From Candidatus Cloacimonadota bacterium (GTDB lineage: Bacteria; Cloacimonadota; Cloacimonadia; JGIOTU-2): a stretch of 64,000 bases of DNA. Both the position numbers and the translations under genes were made by a program. Positions 10,125 through 19,231 of this stretch are shown here, piece by piece; position 1 is the stretch's first letter, and each line of letters starts with the position of its first letter. The stretch lies in NCBI GenBank assembly GCA_049903315.1, contig JBNGBT010000010.1, positions 34,868-98,867 of the forward strand, written 5' to 3'. The notes beneath the pieces are model-generated. The model was given only the letters and a program-made list of their open reading frames with translations. It was not told the origin of the DNA and did not search any database.

Positions 10125-10806
10125 AAAGATTATTAGCATAGTCGATGATGAGCCTGATATAGTTGAACTTATAAAATATCATCTTGAAAAGGAAAAATAT
10201 CATGCTGATAGCTTTTATGACGGAGAATCTTTTCTCACACACCTTCATGAAAAGATCCCCGATCTAGTCATATTGGATCTCATGCTTCCTTCCATTGACG
10301 GTTTGGAAATTTGCAGAACATTACGTGCAACAGAAGAATATAAGAACATTCCTATTATCATGCTTACTGCTAAAGGAACAGAGGTCGATAAAATTGTAGG
10401 ACTTGAAATGGGAGCAGATGATTATATGGTAAAACCATTCAGTCCAAGAGAGCTTGTTGCTCGCGTGAAGGCTTTACTCAGAAGAAGCAGACAAAAGAGT
10501 ATAGAAGAGATATCAAAAATCATCGAATATAAGGATATGGTTCTGGATCTCGACAAATATGAAACTCGAATAAGAGGAAACCAGATAGATTTGACCACGA
10601 CAGAATTCAATATACTCACAATTCTTACCTCACACCCGGGTTGGGTATATTCAAGGAATAAAATTCTCGACCTGCTCTGGGGAGAAGATAAGATCGTGCT
10701 CGATAGAACGATCGATGTACATATTCAGAAACTGAGGAAAAAGCTGGGTGTACTCGGTGATAGAATAAAGTCGATTCGCGGAGTGGGCTACAAATTCGAA
10801 GAATAA
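10117..10806 (+). CDS. phoB: OmpR/PhoB-family phosphate response regulator
   Basis: IVDDE, LDLMLP, GADDYMVKPF, and winged-helix DRTIDVHIQKLRKKL...RGVGY. Start taken at ATG 10117 (MSKKI), not the ORF-track start at 10033. Confidence 0.9.
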   Translation: MSKKIISIVDDEPDIVELIKYHLEKEKYHADSFYDGESFLTHLHEKIPDLVILDLMLPSIDGLEICRTLRATEEYKNIPIIMLTAKGTEVDKIVGLEMGADDYMVKPFSPRELVARVKALLRRSRQKSIEEISKIIEYKDMVLDLDKYETRIRGNQIDLTTTEFNILTILTSHPGWVYSRNKILDLLWGEDKIVLDRTIDVHIQKLRKKLGVLGDRIKSIRGVGYKFEE

Positions 10807-10807
10807 G

Positions 10808-12553
10808 ATGAAAAACTTCTCATTAATGTGGAAGCAGTTTATCAGATTTTTTGTTATTATTGTACTTACTGCAGGACTGATCGTTCATTTTGCTTCGAGA
10901 GAAATAAAAAACAACTACCTTCAGAACCTGGAAAATACCTTAGAGAATTATGCTCAACTTATTGAAAAATTTATCAGTCCTTTTGTTGTTGAGCAAGATT
11001 ACACTCAAATCAAAACGACCACTCGTCAGCTTGGACAAGAAATTGGTGTGCGTTGCACTATAATCACAAGTGATGGCACTGTGCTAGGAGATTCCGAAGA
11101 AGACCCACAGCTCATGGGAGATCACAGCAACCGTCCCGAAATACTAGGTGCGCTGCAGATTGGATTTGGCAAAAGTGTCCGCTATAGTAAAACCCTGCAG
11201 AAAGAAATGCTTTATGTCGCTGTTCCGATTGTTTATAATGATAAAGTCATCGGCGCGGTTCGAACAAGTTCATTCGTTAAAAATATCCACCGCAGTATAA
11301 ATGCAATTACAAAAGATATTTTAGGAATTACAATTATCATAACATTTCTAGGATTAGCATTCTCAATCATTAGCACTCAAGCATATACAAAACCAATTCG
11401 TGATATTGCAAATGCAGCTTGCCGCATAAAAGATGGTGATTTTAAGACTCGTCTTTATATGATGAGAACGGATGAGCTCGGGATGCTTGCCGAATCTCTT
11501 AATGAAATGGCAAGAGAGCTTGAGAAATATTTTTTATCACTCAACCGGGAACAGGAAGAACTCAAAACAATACTTTCCTCCATGGTTGAAGCACTCGTTG
11601 TCCTTAATCCAGATGGAACAATTATTACGACAAATAAGAATTTCTCCACAATCTTGGGCACGGATCAAGAGCAGCTGGTCGGGAAACGATACTGGGAATA
11701 CTTAGGGCAGGACACATTCGAGAGATTGATAAAAAAAGTGGTCGAGCACAATGACGTTGTATCAAAAGAGATCAGGATAAGAAACAAAATTTATTTGACA
11801 AGCGGCTCGATCATACAGGGCATTCCTGAAAAGCGCATTATCATTGTGATGCATGATATTACCGAACTGAAACATCTTGAAGAGATGAAGTCGGATTTTG
11901 TGGCGAATGTTGCCCACGAGCTGAAAACTCCCTTAACTGCAATAAAAGGCTTTGCAGAAACACTGGAAGATGAAGTGGATTCTGAGCATAAAAGGTTTTT
12001 AAAGATCATCAGAGCAAATACAGATCGATTGATAAATATTGTCTCAGACCTCCTTGTATTATCAAGTTTAGAAAAGAAACGGGATAATATTTCGATACAG
12101 AAATTCGAACTGGATAAGCTTATTGAAAACTCTATTTCAATTGAACAGAAAAAATTTGATGAAAAGAATATCACTGTAACCTTTGAATTTGATAATTCCA
12201 TTAAAAGTTTCCTTGCTGATCCATTTCTCATAGAACAACTCATGATCAATCTGCTAGATAATGCAATCACTTATACAGAAAAAAAAGGCAAAATTTCGAT
12301 AGAAATTTCAAGGGAAGGAAATAATATCATAATTAAGATCACAGATAACGGATCGGGAATTCCTGCTGAAAATTTACCACGCATATTTGAGCGATTCTAC
12401 GTTGTCGATAAATCACGTTCACGGCGACTCGGTGGGACTGGTCTCGGACTTTCGATAGTCAAACATATCGTGCTTGCGCATAATGGTGATATACGTGTTC
12501 AAAGCAAGCCCGGACAAGGAACGACATTTATTATTACCTTACCTTATAAATAA
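10808..12553 (+). CDS. phoR: PhoR-like sensor histidine kinase (periplasmic sensor, HAMP, PAS, HisKA, HATPase)
   Basis: FVANVAHELKTPLT and RIFERFYVVDKSRSRRLGGTGLGLSIVKH; next to phoB and pst. Confidence 0.9.
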   Translation: MKNFSLMWKQFIRFFVIIVLTAGLIVHFASREIKNNYLQNLENTLENYAQLIEKFISPFVVEQDYTQIKTTTRQLGQEIGVRCTIITSDGTVLGDSEEDPQLMGDHSNRPEILGALQIGFGKSVRYSKTLQKEMLYVAVPIVYNDKVIGAVRTSSFVKNIHRSINAITKDILGITIIITFLGLAFSIISTQAYTKPIRDIANAACRIKDGDFKTRLYMMRTDELGMLAESLNEMARELEKYFLSLNREQEELKTILSSMVEALVVLNPDGTIITTNKNFSTILGTDQEQLVGKRYWEYLGQDTFERLIKKVVEHNDVVSKEIRIRNKIYLTSGSIIQGIPEKRIIIVMHDITELKHLEEMKSDFVANVAHELKTPLTAIKGFAETLEDEVDSEHKRFLKIIRANTDRLINIVSDLLVLSSLEKKRDNISIQKFELDKLIENSISIEQKKFDEKNITVTFEFDNSIKSFLADPFLIEQLMINLLDNAITYTEKKGKISIEISREGNNIIIKITDNGSGIPAENLPRIFERFYVVDKSRSRRLGGTGLGLSIVKHIVLAHNGDIRVQSKPGQGTTFIITLPYK

Positions 12554-12556
12554 ACC

Positions 12557-13051
12557 ATGGATAAAAATACTATTGAAAAATACATGCCTCTGGTGAAAAG
12601 TATTGCAATAACATATTCACATACTGCTATACCTTTTGATGACCTTGTTCAGGAGGGGACGATCGGCTTATGGGAAGCATGGAAGAGATTCGATCCTGAC
12701 AAAGGTGCCAAGTTCAGCACCTATGCTACATATTGGATAAAGAAATGCATTCTCGAAGCGGTTAGCAAAGAGCATAAAACCTCGCACGATGCCATTCATT
12801 TAGATAATGCAATATCGCATAACAAGAGAGAAGTATCTGAAGATATAGAACATGAAGAGACTGTAGTCTTTCCAGAATCCTTTCCGGAAATGGAAAAGAG
12901 AGTTTTAAATCTACTTTATGGTTTAGATGGAAAAGGATCATATGATCTGGGAGAAATAGGAGTAAAGCTGGATCTGCCAAGAGAGCGAGTGAGACAGATG
13001 AAAGAAAAGGGATTACGCCGTTTGAGAAAGCTGGGAATTAGTTTGCAATAA
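12557..13051 (+). CDS. Compact sigma-70 family RNA polymerase sigma factor (regions 2 and 4 only, 164 aa)
   Basis: Region 2 DLVQEGTIGLWEAWKRFDPDKGAKFSTYATYWI; region 4.2 LGEIGVKLDLPRERVRQMKEKGLRRLR. Confidence 0.9.
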   Translation: MDKNTIEKYMPLVKSIAITYSHTAIPFDDLVQEGTIGLWEAWKRFDPDKGAKFSTYATYWIKKCILEAVSKEHKTSHDAIHLDNAISHNKREVSEDIEHEETVVFPESFPEMEKRVLNLLYGLDGKGSYDLGEIGVKLDLPRERVRQMKEKGLRRLRKLGISLQ

Positions 13052-13075
13052 TCTAGAACCAACCCTCAAAATATC

Positions 13076-13129
13076 TTAACACAGAATTAACACAATAATT
13101 ATAAATTATTAATCCTCCAATCGTAAAAT
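13076..13129 (+). promoter_or_regulatory. Pho-box-like direct repeats with 11-bp period plus a -10 element, upstream of the porin-pst operon
   Basis: TTAACA at 13076 and 13087, degenerate TTATAA at 13099 and TTAATC at 13109, then TAAAAT at 13124. Confidence 0.7.
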
Positions 13130-13174
13130 TTAATAAAAAACCCAAAGGGTAATGAAGAAACGAAAGGAGTTAAT

Positions 13175-14185
13175 ATGGCTAAAATGAAATATTTAGTCGC
13201 TTTTGTGTTAATTATGGTTATCGGTGCAAACATACTTTTTGCATCTGATACACAAATCCAGATGACTGTCTGGAATCGTTACACCAATGTAAAAACTGGT
13301 GATGAGGTTACAGAAGACCAATTCTCACTTCAAAGAGGTTACTTACGTTTAAATCACAACTTCAGCAGTGCAATTTTTGGTCGTTTCAATGTTGATTTCT
13401 TCTCTGATGAAGATGGGCTCGATGGTGCTGGTCTTAAAATCAAGTATGCTTACCTTGATTTCAAGAAGCTTATACCAATTCCAGATGCGGTATTTACAGC
13501 AGGTCTTATGAAAACCTATTTCGGAACGATCTATGACTGGAGCTACATCACAGTTGAGAAAGACCCTTCAGATCTCTATAAAATTTGCTCATCCACCGAC
13601 TATGGTCTTGGTATATCCGGCTTGATCCCCGGTGGTTTAGGTGAATATGCACTTGCTCTTTATAATGGAGAAGGTTACAAAAAGACAGGTAGTGATGTAA
13701 ACAAATATCCTGCATTTGTCGGTAATGTTCGCGTGACACCGATTCCAGGTATTACAGTTGGCGGATCTGCAATCATTGCAAATAAGGTTGGAACAACTGA
13801 ACCTTATGACAAGATGAATGCATATGCTGGTGTTGGTCGCTTCGTATTTGGTCCTATTGATATCTGGGCAGAATACATCATGAAGAACTACACTGATGAA
13901 ACCAAATCAAGCTGCGAAACAAAAAGCGCTGGTTTCATGGTTATGCCAATTATCAAACTCTTTCCGAACTTTGAATTTGTATTCCGTTATGATCAATGGG
14001 ATCCGAACACAGATCAGGACAATGACAAGAAGAACATGTGGATCGCCGGATTGAACTATTATTGCGCAAGTAGTGTCATCCTTCAGCTTAACTATGAGAA
14101 CATCTCATACGAAAGCAGTAAGTCCGAAGATACTAAGAAGATCTATGCTCAGTTGAATTGGACCTTTAAAACTCCCAAATTTTAA
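13175..14185 (+). CDS. Outer-membrane porin, probably phosphate-selective (OprO/OprP-like)
   Basis: Signal peptide, amphipathic beta-strands, IKYAYLDF, YNGEGY, FRYDQWDP, GLNYY and C-terminal F; first gene of the pst operon; AAGGAG RBS. Confidence 0.75.
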   Translation: MAKMKYLVAFVLIMVIGANILFASDTQIQMTVWNRYTNVKTGDEVTEDQFSLQRGYLRLNHNFSSAIFGRFNVDFFSDEDGLDGAGLKIKYAYLDFKKLIPIPDAVFTAGLMKTYFGTIYDWSYITVEKDPSDLYKICSSTDYGLGISGLIPGGLGEYALALYNGEGYKKTGSDVNKYPAFVGNVRVTPIPGITVGGSAIIANKVGTTEPYDKMNAYAGVGRFVFGPIDIWAEYIMKNYTDETKSSCETKSAGFMVMPIIKLFPNFEFVFRYDQWDPNTDQDNDKKNMWIAGLNYYCASSVILQLNYENISYESSKSEDTKKIYAQLNWTFKTPKF

Positions 14186-14203
14186 TTAATTAAGGAGAAA
14201 ACA

Positions 14204-15037
14204 ATGAAAAAAATACTTGTATTATTAACCTTGTTTGTCTTTATTTGCAGCTCAGTATTTGCCTTTCAGTGGCCCTGGGCAAAGAAAGATACCAAAACAT
14301 TAACAATAACTGGTTCCACCACTGTCTTACCTATTGCACAGAAAGCAGCAGAAGTGTATATGGACAGAAATCCTGGAGTAAATATATCTATTCGTGGAGG
14401 TGGATCAAGTGTGGGTATTGCATCACTTCTCGACGGAACAGTTCAGATCGCGGATGCTTCACGTTCAATTAAAACCAAAGAATTGAAAGCAGCTCGCGAG
14501 AAAGGTATTAACCCAATCGGAAACGTGGTTGCAAAAGATGGTATTGCAGTTGTCGTTCATCCAAGTAATGGTATAAGCGAAATCACAATTGCCCAGATCA
14601 AAGCAATTTTTACTGGCGAGATCAGCAACTGGAAGGATCTTGGCGGGATTCCAGGACCTATTGTTGCAATTTCCCGTGACAACTCTTCCGGAACCTATGA
14701 AGTATTCAATGCACTTGCGCTTGGCGGAGGAAAGGTTCGTGAAGATGCAGTGACCCTTGCATCTAATAATGCTGTAGCACAAACAGTAAGCCAGACACCT
14801 GCTGCGATCGGCTATGTAGGTCTTGGTTATCTCTCTGATGCAGTAAAAGCGCTTAAGGTCGGTGGCGTCATGCCAAGTAATGCGACCGTTAATTCAGGAG
14901 CATATAAACTTGCTCGTCCTCTCTATATGTACACCAATGGTCCAGCTAAAGGTCTTGCAAAAGACTATCTTGACTTCATATGGTCTGCTCAAGGCCAAAA
15001 ACTTGTTGAAGAATTAGGTTTCGTGCCTCTTAGATAA
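14204..15037 (+). CDS. pstS: Phosphate ABC transporter substrate-binding protein
   Basis: ITGSTTVLP, GGGSSVG, ASR, RDNSSGTYEVF and ARPLYMY. Confidence 0.95.
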   Translation: MKKILVLLTLFVFICSSVFAFQWPWAKKDTKTLTITGSTTVLPIAQKAAEVYMDRNPGVNISIRGGGSSVGIASLLDGTVQIADASRSIKTKELKAAREKGINPIGNVVAKDGIAVVVHPSNGISEITIAQIKAIFTGEISNWKDLGGIPGPIVAISRDNSSGTYEVFNALALGGGKVREDAVTLASNNAVAQTVSQTPAAIGYVGLGYLSDAVKALKVGGVMPSNATVNSGAYKLARPLYMYTNGPAKGLAKDYLDFIWSAQGQKLVEELGFVPLR

Positions 15038-15044
15038 ATATTGT

Positions 15045-15100
15045 GTTGAGATGGTATTCTCATCGAAGGGCGAGAGAATATCTCGCCCTTCATACTCAAC
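15045..15100 (+). other. Intercistronic stem-loop between pstS and pstC
   Basis: Perfect 11-bp stem GAAGGGCGAGA/TCTCGCCCTTC (15065-15091) inside an outer GTTGAG/CTCAAC pairing; no U-tract. Confidence 0.7.
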
Positions 15101-15115
15101 CAAGAAAGCTGAAAG

Positions 15116-15973
15116 ATGAAAGAAAAAATAATTAAACTGATCCTGCTTATTAGTGCATTGGTTTCAATATTTTTCCTGTGTGGAATCACACTGACACTTT
15201 TTACAGAAAGTCTCCCGCTTTTCAAAGAATATAATCTTTTTAAATTTCTCACAGGTACACACTGGTATCCCACGAGATATCCTGCAGAAATGGGAATCCT
15301 TCCGCTTATTGTCGGCACACTCATTGTTACCCTGGGAACTCTTTTCATTGCTGTTCCTCTTGGAGTAGGTACGGCGATCTATATTTCGGAAGTCGCACCA
15401 TATCGTATTAAAGAATTTCTTAAACCGACTGTCGAGCTTCTGGCAAGTGTGCCTTCTGTTATTTACGGGCTTTTCGGAATGGTTTTTTTAGCTCCTCTTG
15501 TTCAGAAAGTATTTAATATACCGATAGGATTGAATGCATTCACCGCTTCGATCATTTTAGGGATGATGGCACTCCCAACCGTGGCAAGTATCGCAGAAGA
15601 TGCAATAGGGTCTGTTCCAAAGAATCTACGAGAAGCTTCCTTTGCACTTGGTGCAACAAAGTGGGAAACAATAACAAAAACTGTTGTTCCTGCTGCTTCT
15701 TCTGGAATAATTGCCAGTATCATTTTAGGTTTGGGTAGAGCTATTGGCGAAACAATGACCGTGCTCATGGTAGCAGGTGGTGCAGCACAAATACCACATT
15801 CAATCTTTGATCCAGTACGAACAATGACCGCAACGATCGCTGCCGAAATGGGTGAAGCACCAATGGGAAGTATGCACTATCAAGCACTGTTTGCCATTGC
15901 ATTGGTACTTTTTTTTATGACTCTTGGGTTTAACCTTTTGGCAGATTGGGTAGCACACAGAAAGAAAATATGA
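15116..15973 (+). CDS. pstC: Phosphate ABC transporter permease PstC
   Basis: ELLASVPSVIYG, EASFALGATKWET and GRAIGETMTV. Confidence 0.95.
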   Translation: MKEKIIKLILLISALVSIFFLCGITLTLFTESLPLFKEYNLFKFLTGTHWYPTRYPAEMGILPLIVGTLIVTLGTLFIAVPLGVGTAIYISEVAPYRIKEFLKPTVELLASVPSVIYGLFGMVFLAPLVQKVFNIPIGLNAFTASIILGMMALPTVASIAEDAIGSVPKNLREASFALGATKWETITKTVVPAASSGIIASIILGLGRAIGETMTVLMVAGGAAQIPHSIFDPVRTMTATIAAEMGEAPMGSMHYQALFAIALVLFFMTLGFNLLADWVAHRKKI

Positions 15974-16818
15974 GAAAGTTCAAACAACAATTTGGTTTTA
16001 TTCTTCTTCGATTATCGATATTGCTGGCTATTATCTTTCTTTTTTCATTGATCATAGTAATCATCGTAAAGGGCTCCAAAGTTATTTCAATTCCATTTCT
16101 TACAGAATTTCCAAAAGATGGTATGACAAGCGGTGGCATTTATCCTGCAATAATCGGATCCTTCCTGCTGGCACTCGGAGCTATTATCTTTGCGCTTCCA
16201 CTCGGTGTTTTTGCAGCGATATATTTACGAGAGTATGCAAAAAGTTATCGCTTGATTAGAATAATCAGGGTTGGCGTGAATAACCTTGCAGGTGTGCCCT
16301 CAGTTGTTTTTGGTTTGTTTGGACTGGCAGTTTTTGTGAAATTTTTTCAATTTGGAGTTTCTTTACTCTCTGGAGCGCTCACTCTGGGAATATTGATTCT
16401 GCCAATAATTATTCGTTCGACTGAAGAAGCTATCGCGACAGTGCCCGAAAGTTTTAGAGAAGCATCATACGGATTGGGCGCTTCCAAATGGCATACAGTA
16501 CGACATGTCGTACTACCAGTTGCTATGCCCGGAATCCTGACAGGAGCAATCCTCGGTATTGGAAGAGCTGCAGGAGAAACAGCACCGATATTATTCACTG
16601 CCGCAACATTTTATACACGCAGGTTACCCTCTACGGTTTTTGATGAGGTTATGGCGCTTCCTTATCATATATATGCTCTTATGACAGAAGGAACAAAGCC
16701 ACAGTATCAGGTGCCTATCGCCTATGGAACCGCATTGGTTTTGCTACTTCTGGTTCTTACAATAAATCTGATTGCAATTATTATTCGTTATAGAGCAAGA
16801 AAGGCAAAGAAATGGTAA
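15970..16818 (+). CDS. pstA: Phosphate ABC transporter permease PstA
   Basis: [22 protein letters not shown] and GRAAGETAP. Start taken at ATG 15970 (ATGA overlap). Confidence 0.95.
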   Translation: MRKFKQQFGFILLRLSILLAIIFLFSLIIVIIVKGSKVISIPFLTEFPKDGMTSGGIYPAIIGSFLLALGAIIFALPLGVFAAIYLREYAKSYRLIRIIRVGVNNLAGVPSVVFGLFGLAVFVKFFQFGVSLLSGALTLGILILPIIIRSTEEAIATVPESFREASYGLGASKWHTVRHVVLPVAMPGILTGAILGIGRAAGETAPILFTAATFYTRRLPSTVFDEVMALPYHIYALMTEGTKPQYQVPIAYGTALVLLLLVLTINLIAIIIRYRARKAKKW

Positions 16819-17573
16819 ACAATAATGCTATCGTTCATACAAATAATCTGAATTTATGGTTCGGCAGTAAACATGTATTGATAGATCTTAATTTAGATAT
16901 TCTTGAAAAATCAATCACCGCGATTATGGGTCCTTCAGGATGTGGAAAATCGACCTTTTTACGATGCCTGAATCGCATGAATGACCTTATCCTTGAGACA
17001 AAGATAGAAGGCTCGGTGTTTATTGATGAACAAGATATCTATACCCCAAAAACTGATATTACCGCATTAAGAAAAAAAGTGGGCATGATTTTTCAACGAC
17101 CGAATCCATTTCCAAAGTCAATATATGATAATATTGCATATGGGCTGAAGGTCAATCAGGTTAAAAAGAGTAGAATTCCTGAGATCGTTGAGCAAAGTTT
17201 AAAAGATACTGCATTGTGGGAAGAAGTAAAAGACCGCCTTCATGATTCTGCAATGTCCCTCTCCGGCGGGCAGCAACAAAGGTTGTGCACAGCACGGGCT
17301 ATCGCAGTGGAACCTGAAATTGTTCTGATGGACGAGCCGGCTTCTGCACTCGATCCGGCAGGCACACTAAAAATTGAAGAATTAATGGAAAAGTTAAAAG
17401 AAAAATATACTATCATACTTGTTACTCATAATATGCAGCAGGCAGCTCGCGTGTCTGATCATACTGCGTTTTTTTATGTTGGAGAACTGATCGAATACGG
17501 TGATACAGAACAGATTTTTATGAACCCAAAACATAAACTGACCGAATCATACATCAGCGGAAAATTTGGGTAA
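16812..17573 (+). CDS. pstB: Phosphate ABC transporter ATPase PstB
   Basis: [43 protein letters not shown] and YISGKFG. Confidence 0.97.
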   Translation: MVNNNAIVHTNNLNLWFGSKHVLIDLNLDILEKSITAIMGPSGCGKSTFLRCLNRMNDLILETKIEGSVFIDEQDIYTPKTDITALRKKVGMIFQRPNPFPKSIYDNIAYGLKVNQVKKSRIPEIVEQSLKDTALWEEVKDRLHDSAMSLSGGQQQRLCTARAIAVEPEIVLMDEPASALDPAGTLKIEELMEKLKEKYTIILVTHNMQQAARVSDHTAFFYVGELIEYGDTEQIFMNPKHKLTESYISGKFG

Positions 17574-17587
17574 GAGAAGAGGTTTCC

Positions 17588-18265
17588 ATGGTTAGAGAAC
17601 AATATATCGAAGGATTAAAAGAGATCGAACAAGGTGCGATAAGCATTGGAGAAATGGTTTTGACAGCGTTGAGTGATGCGATTGATGCACTAATGAAACA
17701 TGATTCCGAGAAGGCATATGACGTTATTTCTCGCGATATTAATATTAATAAGAAACGCTGGAAAGTCGAAGAAAAATGCATTATGCTTATTGCAACCCAA
17801 CAACCTGTTGCAACAGATCTGCGCGAGATTATAGCATCTCTGAACATCGTTACGGATTTTGAGAGAATGGGAGATCATGCTCAGGGCATCGCCAAAGTAA
17901 TGTTGCGCCTAGAATCCGAACCTCCAATGAAAACTTTGCAGACTGTTTTTGATATGTCACAGGCAGTACTGAGTATGATAAAAAGAAGTATCAACGCATA
18001 TATTGCAAGGGACATAAAAGAAGCGCTGAAAATATTTAAACATGACGATGTCGTAGATAATTTTTACAATAAAATATTTGATGAGATCGTGACTTATGAG
18101 AAGGAGAATCCTAGGCGTTTTAAAGTAGGAACATACTTCCTCTGGATTACCCATGACCTTGAACGAATAGCAGATCGTGTGGCAAATATTTGTGAGCGGA
18201 TTGTGTATTTGGTTCATGGAGAAATGGAAGATTTAAAAACGTTCAAACCCAAGAGTTTCTCGTAA
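17588..18265 (+). CDS. phoU: Phosphate signalling protein PhoU
   Basis: QQPVATDLR, DFERMGDHA and LERIADRVANICE. Confidence 0.95.
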   Translation: MVREQYIEGLKEIEQGAISIGEMVLTALSDAIDALMKHDSEKAYDVISRDININKKRWKVEEKCIMLIATQQPVATDLREIIASLNIVTDFERMGDHAQGIAKVMLRLESEPPMKTLQTVFDMSQAVLSMIKRSINAYIARDIKEALKIFKHDDVVDNFYNKIFDEIVTYEKENPRRFKVGTYFLWITHDLERIADRVANICERIVYLVHGEMEDLKTFKPKSFS

Positions 18266-18313
18266 TTGTAAGAAGGTACATTCATAGTACTCCTCCCTAA
18301 ACAATTACTCATA

Positions 18314-18345
18314 GCGGATAATCGAAAGGTTGTCCGTTTTATTTT
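18314..18345 (+). terminator. Intrinsic terminator of the pst operon
   Basis: GCGGATAATC-GAAA-GGTTGTCCGT stem (GNRA loop, G-U pairs) followed by TTTATTTT. Confidence 0.75.
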
Positions 18346-18363
18346 ATTTATTAACTAAGTGTG

Positions 18364-18392
18364 CTCGTTACAAAGTTTAACTTTGTCACGAG
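18364..18392. repeat. REP-like palindrome
   Basis: CTCGTTACAAAGT-TTA-ACTTTGTCACGAG, 13-bp arms with one mismatch. Confidence 0.55.
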
Positions 18393-18402
18393 AAGAATAA
18401 AA

Positions 18403-18491
18403 GTAGCTCAAAATTCAGGTGTCGAGCACGCAAGATCAATCTCCTTCAGATTGATCGGAATACGCCTTGATAAATTGAAATCTTGCGTTAC
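18403..18491 (-). repeat. REP/REPIN-like element, copy 1, carrying a ~39-bp internal insertion
   Basis: The reverse complement GTAACGCAAGATTTCAAT[insert]TCTTGCGTGCTCGACACCTGAATTTTGAGCTAC aligns with 50937-50986. Confidence 0.65.
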
Positions 18492-18838
18492 ATGATATCA
18501 TTTATTAATTTTCTTATTCCTGTTTCCAAATTTATTATATCTTCAATTATAGTATTCCATACGACTTGTATGTCAACACCGAAATAATCATGAATCAGTT
18601 TGTCTCTCATACCAGCCATAAATCGCCATGGAATATCTGAATAAGTCTTCTGCACTTCTTTCGGTATTTTCTTTGATGCTTCACCAATTATTTCTAAAGC
18701 ACGAATTACAGCGTATTGTGATTTTTTATCTTCTTGAAAGGTTGGAAAATCCATATCCTGGATGAATAATTTGATGTTGGTTATAGATTCTAAAATATCA
18801 TTCACGTAATCCGAAATTATTTTTTCTTCTTTCTTCAT
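18488..18838 (-). CDS. hepT: HEPN-domain (DUF86/HepT-like) ribonuclease toxin
   Basis: AVIRALEIIGEA and IPWRFMAGMRDKLIHDYFG (RX4H motif). Confidence 0.9.
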   Translation of the reverse strand: MKKEEKIISDYVNDILESITNIKLFIQDMDFPTFQEDKKSQYAVIRALEIIGEASKKIPKEVQKTYSDIPWRFMAGMRDKLIHDYFGVDIQVVWNTIIEDIINLETGIRKLINDIM

Positions 18839-19134
18839 GCTACTAATTGTGCTTCAGAGATAATTCGTCGCCCTATGTTTGTTTTTAATGAACTTTTCAT
18901 TACAAGATCGACTTTTACACCAAGCAACCCACTTAATAAATCTTCCAATTCAATGAACTTGAACAGGGAAGGAGCTTTGGAGAAAGTAACCAATATATCT
19001 AAATCACTCTTGGGTGTTTGTTCATTTCTCACATAAGATCCAAACACTTCAAGCGATGTTACATAATATTGAGTCCTCAGCAGAGGTAATTCTTCTCTTA
19101 ATTTTAATAGGATATTATTTAATTTATTATTCAT
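18835..19134 (-). CDS. mntA: Minimal nucleotidyltransferase (MNT) antitoxin
   Basis: VFGSYVRNEQTPKSDLDILV (GS-X10-DXD) and KVDLV; ATGA-coupled to the HEPN gene. Confidence 0.9.
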   Translation of the reverse strand: MNNKLNNILLKLREELPLLRTQYYVTSLEVFGSYVRNEQTPKSDLDILVTFSKAPSLFKFIELEDLLSGLLGVKVDLVMKSSLKTNIGRRIISEAQLVA

Positions 19135-19231
19135 GATAAAATAATATTTTAAGAAAGCATATTTTATGTCAAATTATTATTTCTTGTCTCCTCAGTGCCC
19201 TCTGCGTCGTCTGTAGTGAGATGTAATTGAT

